Origin: Zootoca vivipara
Lineage: Eukaryota
Direction of reading: 5' to 3'
DNA length: 64,000 nucleotides
Assembly (NCBI RefSeq): GCF_963506605.1
Contig: NC_083280.1
Coordinates: 22,196,001-22,260,000 of the forward strand
Shown here: positions 40,701 through 52,315 of the stretch, one piece after another
Layout of the letters: each line of letters begins with the position of its first letter
Numbering within the stretch: the first letter of the stretch is position 1
Notes under the pieces: model-generated
Told to the model about the DNA's origin: nothing
The model's input: only the letters and a program-made list of their open reading frames with translations
Database searches by the model: none
Position numbers and translations under genes: made by a program

Positions 40701-41041
40701 AGCACACTAGACAAGAGTTTCAAAAAGCATGGGAAAATGCAGAGAACACTTCACAAAACAGTGCCCTAAAATACAAACCAGGATTTGTTTAGATTACTGT
40801 CTGCAGGAGACTTTGTAGATATAATTAGAAAAATCTTAATAATTATTCATAAAGGAAACAGTTTATAAGAAGTAAATCAGGAGGCCAGATACAGGATAAA
40901 GGAAGTCTTTTATTGGGTTGTTTGTATTGTTGTATGTTATGTTCACTGTATGCTATGTCCACATTTAATGAGGGTGGATTTGTGTATTGGGGGGTGGGGG
41001 GTTTGTGATATGTTGTAAATAAAATTCCAAAAATAAAAATA
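37777..41041 (+). mobile_element. 5'-truncated, decayed L1-clade LINE (ORF2: end of endonuclease, RT, C-terminus)
   Basis: A-rich sense strand. Motifs ISGHNP, NYRPISLLNSDYKIF, DQTGFLPGR, SPLLF, AFADDL, PDLNLYY and RWYLTP, broken by stops and frameshifts. A-rich tail; 16-bp TSD GACAGATCAGAGGTGG (37701-37716 / 41042-41057). Confidence 0.92.
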
Positions 41042-41991
41042 GACAGATCAGAGGTGGGTAGCCCTACACCTCTCACTGCCAAAGTGAATATCCATGCACT
41101 GCCAAGAACATTCACTGACAACCCACCTGAATTGCGAGAACATGAGAACAAGGCAAATGAAATTGGCTGCAGTCCTGTAAATTGTGGAATAGTCAGTGGA
41201 ATACAGCACCCTGCGAGAAAGAAACAAAAGACAATGCCAGCCTCTCTATCTATCATGGCGGCCAAACGCCTTCCTGTATACAGTACAGTAGTGTAAACCC
41301 TCTTTTCGAAGGGCTCCTTTATCTGAAGGTCTGCCCAGTTCAAATTTGGTTTAAAGATAAGGAACCCCAAGAAGGGAGAGCCGCAGGGAACTTGAAGTTG
41401 CCTGGTCAGTCATTCCCACCATTCTGAGATGTATTGCATTACTATTTAAATTATAGCCATTGTTTCTAAATGTGCAGGGACGCCTTTTTGCTGACACATT
41501 CTCCCCTTCCTCTCTATGGTTTAAACTCCTGTGTTTCACAGGCTCCAGGCTAGGAGAGAACCCTGCCTGAAACCCTGGAGAGCGGCTGCCAGTCAGTGTA
41601 GATAATATGGAGCTAGATGGGCCTATGGAATGATTCAGTATAAAATCAGCTTCCTATGTTCCTGCGATCTTCGAAATGCCCGGCCCTAAACATTTCAGCT
41701 GTCTAGTTCAACATACTGATTGAAAAAGAAAAACCTAAGCAGCAAAGCTATGATATTTTCCCCAACTTACCATTTGCAGTGAGTATGAGGTCCTTGATTG
41801 CCATCTGCTGGTAACAATTTCAAAATTATCTTTCATTCTGAATACTGTATACTGTAAAGGGGTGGGGAAATAAGTCACACTTTTGAGTCTTTTTCCCCCT
41901 CCGATACACTTTCCACCGGAAATTGTAAGTCTTGTTTACTACAGCCACTTCGCCCAATAAGTCATGTGTTTCAGCTAAGAGGGATATCTAA

Positions 41992-42126
41992 NNNNNNNNN
42001 NNNNNNNNNNNNNNNNNNNNNNNNNNNNNNNNNNNNNNNNNNNNNNNNNNNNNNNNNNNNNNNNNNNNNNNNNNNNNNNNNNNNNNNNNNNNNNNNNNNN
42101 NNNNNNNNNNNNNNNNNNNNNNNNNN
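41992..42126. other. Assembly gap (135 N)
   Basis: Run of N. Confidence 1.
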
Positions 42127-42349
42127 CCCGCTTTATCACTACCCGAAGGCGTCTCAAAGCGGCTAACAATCTCCTTTCCCTTCCTCCCCCACAACAAGCA
42201 CTCTGCGAGGTGACTGGGGCTGAGAGACTTCAGAGAAGTGTGACTAGCCCAAGGTCACCCAGCAGCTGCATGTGGAGGAGCGGAGACACGAACCCGGATC
42301 CCCAGATTAGGAGTCTACCGCTCTTAACCACTACACCACACTGGCTCTC
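42127..42349 (-). mobile_element. tRNA-derived SINE (Squam3/MIR-like) abutting the gap
   Basis: Reverse complement gagagccagtgtggtgtagtggttaagagcgg…gggttcg (A/B boxes), with core gtgaccttgggctagtcac. Confidence 0.8.
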
Positions 42350-43007
42350 TGATACTTTGTTCCTGTGATCCAGGATAGGTGACATGCAATAGCAGTTTAA
42401 AAACACAGCACCAATCATTCCTGTGTTCACAGCTGACATTAGTAAGACCTAATGCAGATGCTATATAGATATGTATCACTATTCATTAAATGTCTGGCAA
42501 GCCCTTATGCCCTGAGGGGCTTACACTCTAAAACAGGGGCAAGCAACTGAATCAGGACAGTGGATCTTGCGGATGCCTCATAAATTGCTCCAGGATCTCA
42601 ATATGGCTTCAGTGGGTGGGATGATGGTACTGTGAAAAGAAAATGCAATGGATAGAGGAGGAACATATGAAAACTTTTCTGAGAGTGCAATTCTAAGAGG
42701 CTGAAGGGCTGTGTACTAGATCTGTCTACTAAGTACTTCAGGCTTGCACCAACCAAGGTAGGCTGTATGGGGGTTGTATCCTTACCATATATTTAAAGCA
42801 CTCTTATACCACTCTAGCAGCCATAGAGAATCCTGAGAATTGGACTGTATTAAGGAAGTTTCCCTCACAGAGCTACAATCCCCAGAACCCTTAACAAACT
42901 AATCTTCCCAGGATTCCCAATGACAGTTAAAGTGGTTATAATAGTGCTTTAAATGTATGGCGTGGATGCCACCTCTCTCTTTTTCTCGCTTTGTGGACTT
43001 TTTAATT

Positions 43008-43690
43008 TCATAGAATCCTAGAGTTGGAAGAGAGCACAAGGGCCATCCAGTCCAACCCCCTGCCAAGCAGGAAACACCACCAAAGCATTCTTGACATATG
43101 CCTGTCAAGCCTCTGCTTAAAGACCTCCAAAGAAGGAGACTCCACCACACTCCTTGGTAGCAAATTCCACTGCCGAACAGCTCTTACTGTCAGGAAGTTC
43201 TTCCTAATGTTTAGGTGGAATCTTCTTTCTTGTAGTTTGAATCCATTGCTCCGTGTCCGCTACCCTGGAGCAGCAGAAAACAACCTTTCTCCCTCCTCTA
43301 TATGACATCCTTTTATATATTTGAACATGGCTATCATATCACCCCTTAACCTTCTCTTCTGCAGGCTAAACATACCCAGCTCCCTAAGCCGTTCCTCATA
43401 AGGCATCGTTTCCAGGCCTTTGACCATTTTGGTTGCCCTCCTCTGGACACATTCCAGCTTGTCAATATTCTTCTTGAACTGTGGTGCCCAGAACTGGACA
43501 CAGTACTCCAGGTGAGGTCTGACCAGAGAAGAATACAGTGGTACTATTACTTCCCTTGATCTAGATGCTATACTCCCATTGATGCAGCCCAGAATTGCAT
43601 TGGCTTTTTTAGCTGCTACATCACACTGTTGACTCATGTCAAGTTTGTGGTCTACCAAGACTCCTAGATCCTTTTCACATGTACTGCTCT
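43008..43690 (-). mobile_element. CR1 LINE 3' fragment
   Basis: Highly similar to 20978-21665; EKDLGVLVD…LVRPHLEYC. Confidence 0.95.
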
Positions 43691-44592
43691 CAATTTGTTT
43701 TTCAACTCCTCCTGGGCACAATAGTCGCAGAATCTCAACAACAACAAATTTTTTTTGAGCTACTTTTAAGGATATTCGCCAGAAAATCAATACATCTGGG
43801 TTTTTTTGATATCGGGAATTCTGCCCGGACGCGATTTCCGACGGACGAATCCAAGATATGTCTGGGAAGTCCCAGACATACAACAGGGATACTGAACCCA
43901 GTAGGTCCAATGCCATCACCTTCTTGCCCCACTACTTCCACCCACAGAATTTCTAATTTTCAACCCTAGAACTGGCTATCACTGGTGGAAGAACCACCAG
44001 TGGTAGTTTTACACCCATGGAACTATTCAAGGGCCTAGCAGAGGTGTCTGTGGTAGATGTCCTCCTTCATTGACAAAACTATCTGTGGAGAGGCATCTTC
44101 ACTTCTTAAGCATCTGAAATCACTGTCACTGGTTCTGGGGAATTGGATTGCAGTGTTTATTTACTTGCAGATTTTGCTGGCTCTTCCACTACGTTCAAAG
44201 AGGTTTCCTACATCTTCTTCTGTGAAATATTTTTTTCCTGCCTCTGCAGGGAGATGATTGGCTTATGCTTATGTTTTAACTTTTTCTGTTGTCTGTGTCT
44301 AATTAAATCAGGAGAAAAGTGTTCAGACTTAATGGATGCAGTTATTAAGGTATTAATGTCTTGCTTTCCACTACAGAAGACATTTGAGACCCATGGTATG
44401 GGTGGTGCTAGCTTAGAGCAAGAGCATTATTCAATTCTGAAACTCCCTTGAATAACAAGTTCCTTCGCTGAGTTCCTTTAAACTTTGGTTTCGCCCTCAT
44501 CCGGGATTCTAAATACTCTGTTTCCTGATTTAATATACATTCTAAAGTCTGCTTTGTGAAATCCCAGGAACCTGCTTACAGCGTTGCTGAAC

Positions 44593-46168
44593 ATGAACTT
44601 GAAATTGACTTATCTTCTCCTAGCTCTATGCACAGCCATCATATTCATCTTGGTCTGGGCTTTCCAAAACAGAGGAGGGAAGCCCATGCTTTGCGACAGC
44701 CATCTTCAGGAGATGGGATGGGAGGAAAGAGGCCATGGAATCTACAGCCAGGTATTTGCTGATTTAACTCCGGAAGAGATCATGGAAGTGAAGATCTACC
44801 TGCAGTACAACCTGGGGGTGCCATTGGTAGAACCTCCTCAAGCCAAACCATCGGACAACTGCATTTTTTCTATCACCCTTCAGCTTCCTCCCAAAGCTGA
44901 AGTGCTGCAATTCTTGGACCACCAAGGGACCAGGCCCTCGCGGCAAGCTCTGGCTGTACTCCATTTTGGAAACCAGGAGCACCCAAATGTCACAGAGTTT
45001 GTGGTAGGTCCTCTTCCAAAGCCAACGTACCACCAAGATGTCACAGTGCAGAAGTATGGAGGGAAGTTGCCTTACTACAGAAGGTTTTTTTTGGAGAATG
45101 AGCTGAGAGAGATCCATACTTTCTTGAGGAATAGGGAATACCCCAAGGATCCAAACTTTATGCAGAAAGTGCTTTATTACAATGGAAGCAAGTATGGATA
45201 CTCCTATGGATTACCACCTGGACTAAAATCAGGAGACCGGAAAATCTGGGTTGCTCATTTCCAGAATGTCCCTGGTAGTTACCTGCATCCAGTAGGATTT
45301 GAAGTCCATATGGATCTCAGCAGCCTAGACGTTTCTCATTGGAAGGTGCTAAAAGTCTTCTATAATGGACAGTACTTTGAGGACATGGAAGATATTGAGA
45401 GACAATTCATTTCAGGACATGTTAAAGTAGCCAAGGTCAAAAAGGCTCCTTTGGATGGAGGCTATTCCTCACTGAAGCAGAGGGTTCCCCACCAGAGACT
45501 AGGCCCCTTGTACTATGAACCTCGTGGTCCCCGCTACCGCATCTGGAATAACCAGGTTTTCTTCATGTCCTGGAGTTTTGCCTTTGGCATAGATGCCAAT
45601 AGGGGGCCACGTATCTTTGATGTAAGGTTTAAGGGTGAGAGGATAGTTTATGAGTTAAGCTTGCAAGACGGAGGTTCCATCTATGGCTCCAACAATCCAG
45701 CGTCAATGCTGACCAGGTACATGGACTTAAGCTTTGGCATTGGTTCAAGTGGCTCCACTCTCACCCAAGGTGTGGATTGTCCTTACCTGGCTACTTATTT
45801 GGACAGGCACTATTTTCTTGATTCCTCGTTGCCTGTCACTCGCAAACACTCTATCTGCATCTTTGAGCAGAATGCTGAGGTCCCTGTGCGAAGACATTAT
45901 GACCGCTCAGAGCCTCCGTTTTACGGAGGGTTGGTCGATTCCGTTCTTGTCTTTAGGTCCATATCTTCAGTTGCTAATTATGATTATGTTTGGGATTTTA
46001 AATTTCATCAAAATGGAGCTGTTGGTGTTGCGATTCATGCAAGTGGGTACATTCAATCTGCTTTTTATTTTGGCGATGCCTTGGAATTTGGAAACAGAGT
46101 TGAAGAGTGGGCACTGGGAGACATTCACACTCACAACATTAATTTCAAGGTGGATATGGACATTGGTG
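44593..46168 (+). CDS. AOC3: AOC3/AOC2-like copper amine oxidase, first coding exon, copy 1 (divergent variant)
   Basis: N-terminal hydrophobic anchor, VFADLT, GLKSGDR, catalytic Asp in RYMD, TPQ motif NYDY and Cu-ligand HTH. Ends at DIG-G|gtaagt, the position of the AOC3 exon 1 boundary. Confidence 0.9.
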
Positions 46169-47074
46169 GTAAGTCTATGCCTCTTTTGTAACTTTTATGG
46201 ATTGCAGTGATTTCTATTGATGGTAGCGGCTGACTTGCTGCCAGCTAATAGCTGTTTTTTAAGTGGTTCTGAGGTTATTTTGTTTCCCAGTTCTGCAAAT
46301 GGACCCATTTTCATGTTCCATGGAGTATTCATGAGTATACGTTTTCCCACCTCACCTGGCAGAATGCTGCATCATCCTAAGATGCAGAAAATAGGTGAAG
46401 CGTGTGGTGTATGTGTAGGAGGGAATTGTTGTGTGAGAAAGTTTAGGCCGATTCTGGAACCTTGGAGACACAGAGGCATGTTCTGAACACAAGTTGTGTC
46501 AGGGTTTCCCCCCTGGATGCCTAATAGAGAAGCACAATCTGTTCGTGTGTTAATGCTGTGCACCCACCCATCCTATGCTCAGGTTCCATATATGTGTAAA
46601 TAAAACCATACATTCTATAGACATCACCATCTCCACTGACCTTCATTCCATGGAAACAGAACCCTGGGGAAGCGCTTGGCATTCATGGAGTCTCTCCTCA
46701 AAATAGGTCTTGAGGGAGGCAAATCCATGTCTGCTTCTAATTCATTCAATGAATTATGAATGCACATCATTGTCAAAGTATTATATGGGCCCTTTGGGGC
46801 AACCGGTTGAGCCCTGCATATTTTAAGACCAAGGTCCATCTAGTGGCAGGCAGGCGGCGGGGGCCGGTCACTTCACTTTTGGTAGTGGAACAGAGCAATA
46901 TTCACAGCAGGGTTAAAAGGCTTCCCATTGAATAGATTCGGGAGTGAAATTAAAACACAATAGTACATTCTGAGAGCATTTTGTTGTGATTACTTTATAT
47001 TAATCAGAGAAGTATATGCTCCTCAGAAATAGATGCACATGAGCTAATACATAATTGATGGAGATTGCCCCCAT

Positions 47075-47251
47075 CAGGGCAGTCTCGAGCAGGTCACGCG
47101 CCCTGGCGCTGAGGGGCGGAGATCGCTCCGGTGCCCCTACCCTCGCAGGGCGCAGTATGGCTTCCGCGCGGCTTTGCCGTGCAGCGCCCTGCCTACTGGC
47201 CTGGCGCCCTGGCGCCCCGCGCCACCAGGACTCTACCTAGAGCCGGCCCTG
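47075..47251. mobile_element. GC-rich hAT-type MITE
   Basis: cagggc…gccctg ends; TSD GCCCCCAT. Confidence 0.8.
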
Positions 47252-50115
47252 GCCCCCATGTAAGTTAGGTTCATTCATTTCAAGGGGTCTTCTCTGAGGA
47301 AATCTTAGTTTAATGCCAACCGTTGAACGCTACCTTGCTCTCTTTTTTATATGAACTACTTTTTCTCATCCATAGTCAATTTGTAGACATGATTTACCTA
47401 TTTAATTTGTCATGTTAAAGTCCCATCTTTCTTCCAAGATTAGGGGGTTGCACTAGATGACCCTCGGGGTCCCTTCCAGTTCTATGATTCTATGAAACTC
47501 AATCTAAATTGTGTACTTGGCATTCTGCAAAAATCTTCCGTCTAGCCACTTGACCAAGATCTCCCTCATTTTCCAGTAAGGGCTGCTTTGTTGCCATGGG
47601 CAGCCATCCAGGGAGGCCCGGGAGCCATGGGACCAGCCAGTAGCCAGGGCTGAAGCCTAAGGGTTGTATTCAGTGCAGAACAAAGGACATGCTAGACATC
47701 CGGGGCAAAGACCAAGACAACAACAAAGGACTAAACAAAAGAAGGGACTAAGGTGTAACCAGTAATACTGGGGCACACCAAAAGATCTTGTTATTTGAGC
47801 AAAGCTTAGCAAGAAATAGTCTTTCCTGTCCAGGATAACCCAATGGCTAGTTTGGAGTCAGCCCATGGCCTGAAGGTACTTCATTAAGAAACTCAGACTT
47901 GCCATTCAATGGTTCACCACATGGGAGTATTGCACCGAGATCGAGCAGTTCCTGACAATTACGTGTCTTCAGGTCATGTCTTGAGGAATCCATCCACTCT
48001 GCTTTCTCATTCAATTTTAGAGTAGCTGCTGTTTTAAAAAGAATTCAAATACTACTGCTTCTTTGGCTATGACCCCCTGAAATCCTGCTGATCCAGGACA
48101 ACAGAGAAGGATAAATCTCTTCTCCACATAAAATAGTTTCCTTTTATGGCGATGATTGTTTCCCACCAGAGGGTGGTAAAACCACTTGAGATCCGAACTG
48201 CCATTGAATTACATAAAGGCATACTATGCAGATTTCTTCACGACCTTTCAGAAGCTGTGAAAGTGCTAAGGGCACAATCCAAAGAAAGCTCTTGACTTTA
48301 ATGAAATCTAAGCATGAGTGTGCTGTCTCCATTGAAATCATCCAGCGGTCCTTTACCTCTTCCTTTGACCTTTACCTTTACCTATATGCACTGTAGATTT
48401 AAAGCACGTTTAAAGTATTTCCTTCCTCCCGAGGAATTCTGAGAGCTGTAGTTTGTTGTGGGTGCTGGGAAATGGTAGTTGAGATGGACAAACTACAGTT
48501 CTCAGGATTCTAAGTTAAGGCAGTGCCATGCTGCTTTCACTTTCCTCTTCTCAACTCAATCTTCCTCTGCCCCCCGGGGGATGTACATGACAAGATACTT
48601 TCATTCCCCCTGTATTGGAGTAAGATTCAACTGCCAATCAAACTGGCTTCAGCATGTGCTTTGGGGCTGGGTGCCATCTTGTCCTTCACCTCAGGCAGCG
48701 AAATGTCTTGAGCTGACCCTGCCACTCACGGGGCTTGTTAGGCGAATCTCACCCAGTGATTTGCCAGGATTCAATAAGTTAGCTACTTTTAATTTCTCAG
48801 CTCTGAATTCTGGCAACCTGTCCCTTGCAAATCTTGTTTTAAGCTGCAGGGCACAAGCAAAACCAGCCAGGTAACAATTCAAGAATTACCAGAACATCAA
48901 ACTTGCTGTGCCTTTCTCAGAAATTGTGTGGATAATTCAGTGGTTAATTAATTTAAGGCCAGTGCTATGCAGGCTTACTGACAAACACAGGACTCTTGCT
49001 GGCTAGTGTTTGGTGTCTCCTGATGCTTCCTTCCTTGCAGTCTCCTGCCTCTCTCTCAATGATCTTTGATGAACAGCCTTTCCCTCCCAACACATGACAT
49101 TCTCTCTGACCCAGATATTCAGCATATAAGGAAATTAGAGGCTCACTGCGCAGCTCAGCTTCAGTGTTTTCTCCAGTCCACAGAAGAATAGGACTGGAAA
49201 TGAAAATCAAGTGTAAATGCATGGAAGCCGATACGCAAGTCAAAACAACAGTGTGAGATCCACACCAGACATTTTAAGCACGATGATACCACTTGGACAG
49301 TTATAGAGAACCCTTGGAACTGATTTAGGATGGATCATAATAGCTCAGTGGTAGCACATCTCCACATAGGGCCGGAAGCAAATCTCCACCTGAGATTACT
49401 TATGCCAGCTCCAAGATGTTATATAGAGAAAGCCCCATTGTGGGCCTCTCTGTTGAATGAATGAGTCTTGAGCCTCCAGAATGTCTAATATTGAACCCTA
49501 AGAGTGCATGGTGGTGGTGAAAGAACCACTCTACATCCATGGAACAATTCACGGGCATAGCTGAGGTGTTTGTGGCAGACGTGCTCTTTCATTGGCAAAG
49601 CTCCGTCAATAGACAGGCACTTCCATACCCTCCTAACCAGCTCCAGTTACTGTTCTGAGGGTGTGGCCTCAGTAAAGTTAAGTGCTGCATCAGCTAGAAG
49701 ACTCAACCACTAGGAAGTTCTGCTTTTTTTCTTGCAAAGCTTCCTCTTCCAAACATTTTTTGCACCCTCTACATAAAGAAGATTGCTTAAGAGTGGTTTG
49801 TTGTATCTCGGTAGGCTGCATCTAACTCAATTAGGAACAAAGGTGTTCAGAGGACATGACATAACAGGTTATCAAGGCTTGAAGGAAAATATCACTGCAT
49901 TCCTATTTACAGAAACATTGAGCTGCATCATACCGTCGGTGGTTGCTTAGATGAAAAATATTACTGATGTTTTGAAGCTCACTTGCATAGCAGGTCTTTC
50001 CCCGAAACTTTGGTTTCACCCTCATCCGGGATTCAAATACTCTGTTTGCTGATTCAATCTGCATTCTACAGTCTGCTTTGTGAAATCCTAGGAGCCTGCT
50101 TACAGCGTTCTGAAC

Positions 50116-51691
50116 ATGAACATGAAATTGACTTATCTTCTTCTAGCTCTATGCACAGCCGTCATATTCATCTTGGTCTGGGCTTTCCAAAACAGAGGAG
50201 GGAAGGCCATGCTTTGTGACAGCCATCTCCAGGAGATGGGACTGGAAGAAAGAGGCCATGGAATCTACAGCCAGGTATTTGCTGATTTAACTCCGGAAGA
50301 GATCATGGAAGTGAAGATCTACCTGCAATACAACCTGGGGGTGCCATTGGTAGAACCTCCTCAAGCCAAGCCATCGGACAACTGCATTTATTCTATCACC
50401 CTTCAGCTTCCTCCCAAAGCTGAAGTGCTGCAATTCTTGGACCACCAAGGGACCAGGCCCTCGCGGCAAGCTCTGGCTGTACTCCATTTTGGAAACCAGG
50501 AGGACCCAAATGTCACAGAGTTTGTGGTAGGTCCTCTTCCAAAACCAATGTACCACCAAGATGTCACAGTGCAGAAGTATGGAGGGAAGTTGCCTTACTA
50601 CAAAAGGTTTTTCTTAAACAATGAGTTCAAAGAAATCCTTAATTTCCTGAAGAACAAAGAATACCCCAAGGCTCCAAACTTTATGCAGAAAGTACTATAT
50701 TACAATGGAAGCAATCTCAGAAACTTCCGTGCATTACCACCTGGACTAAAATCAGGAGACCGGAGAATCTGGGTTGCTCATTTCCAGAATGTCCCTGGTA
50801 GTTACCTGCATCCAGTAGGATTTGAAGTCCATGTGGATCTCAGCAGCCTAGACGTTTCTCATTGGAAGGTGCTAAAAGTCTTCTATAATGGACAGTACTT
50901 TGAGGACATGGACGATATTGAGAGACAGTTCATTACGGGACATGTTAAAGTAGCCAAGGTCAAAAAGGCTCCTTTGGATGGAGGCTATTCCTCACTGAAG
51001 CAGAGGGTTCCCCACCAGAGACTAGGCCCCTTGCACTATGAACCTCGTGGTCCCCGCTACCGCATCTGGAATAACCAGGTTTTCTTCATGTCCTGGAGTT
51101 TTGCCTTTGGCATAGATGCCAATAGGGGGCCACACATCTTTGATGTAAGGTTTAAGGGTGAGAGGATAGTTTATGAGTTAAGCTTGCAAGATGCATCTGC
51201 CATCTATGGCTCCAACACTCCAGCGGCAATGTTGAACAGATTCATGGACCTAAGCATTGGCATTGGTTCAAGTGGCTCCACTCTCATCCAAGGTGTGGAT
51301 TGTCCTTACCTGGCTACTTATTTGGACAGGCACTATTTTCTTGATTCCTCGTTGCCTGTCACTCGCAAAAACTCTATCTGCATCTTTGAGCAGAATGCTG
51401 AGGTCCCTGTGCGACGCCATTATGACCGCTCAGAGCCTCCGTTTTACGGAGGGTTGGTCGATTCTGCTCTGGTCTTCAGGTCCATATCTACAGTTGGTAA
51501 TTATGATTATATTTGGGATTTCATGTTTCATCAAAATGGAGCTGTTGGTGTTGCGATCCATGCAAGTGGGTACATTCAATCTGCTTTTTACTTTGGTGAT
51601 GCCTTGGAATTTGGAAACAGAGTTGAAGAGTGGACATTGGGAACAATTCACACTCACAACATTAATTTCAAGGTGGATATGGACATTGGTG
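50116..51691 (+). CDS. AOC3: AOC3/AOC2-like amine oxidase first coding exon, copy 2
   Basis: Intact 525-codon frame with GNYDY and IHTH. Donor g|gtaagt at 51692. Confidence 0.9.
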
Positions 51692-51826
51692 GTAAGTCTA
51701 TGCCTCTTTTGTAATTTTTATGGATTGCAGTGTTTTCTATTGCTGGTAAGTGGATGTCTCTTTTGTGACTTTTCTGTGCCTGTTTGTGGCTTGCTTGCTT
51801 GCTGACAACTTATAGCCCATACAGAA

Positions 51827-52315
51827 AGAATCATAGAATCATAGAATGGGGGACTTGGAAGTGACTCCAAGGGTCCTCTAGTCCAACCCCCTGTAATGCA
51901 GGAGCCAAAGCTATTTAATCCCTGACAAGTGGTCCTCCAACTTCTGTTTTAAAACCTTCAAGGAAGGAGAGCCCCCCAACTTTCAAGATGGTGCATTGAA
52001 CTGTTGAACATCTACTCTCAAGAAATTCTTCCCATTGTTTATCCATAATCGCCTTTCCTGTAATTTGAATTCATTGGTTTGTTTCCTATCCTTTGGAGTA
52101 CCAGAAAACAAGCTTTCTGCATCCTCCATGTGACAGCCCTTCAGATACTTTTAAGAAGGCTATCGTATCTTCTCTATGTCTCCTTTCTTCCAGGGTAAAC
52201 CTATCCAACTCCCTCAACCATTCCTCATAAGCCTTGGTTTCCAGACCCTTGATCATCTTCATTGCTCTGCTCTGCACACATTCCAGTTGTCAATGTCCTC
52301 CTTAAACTGTTGCTC
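51827..52315 (-). mobile_element. Older CR1 3' fragment, co-duplicated in every tandem unit (also ~55550-56038, ~59273-59760, ~62984-63465)
   Basis: agaatcatagaatcat tail; degenerate QSRAMKMIKGLE…YEEWLREL. Confidence 0.85.

Noticed and set aside
43260-43919. 219-aa minus-strand ORF
   Set aside because: Chance in-frame fusion of unrelated flank with a CR1 RT fragment.
15600-44000. STRIT1/DWORF micropeptide expected 3' of PLCH1 by human synteny
   Set aside because: I found no convincing match to the DWORF hydrophobic motif by eye.
51257-51805. 182-aa alternative-frame ORF repeated in each AOC copy
   Set aside because: Shadow frame of the AOC exon with a non-ATG start. Its recurrence is due to the duplication.
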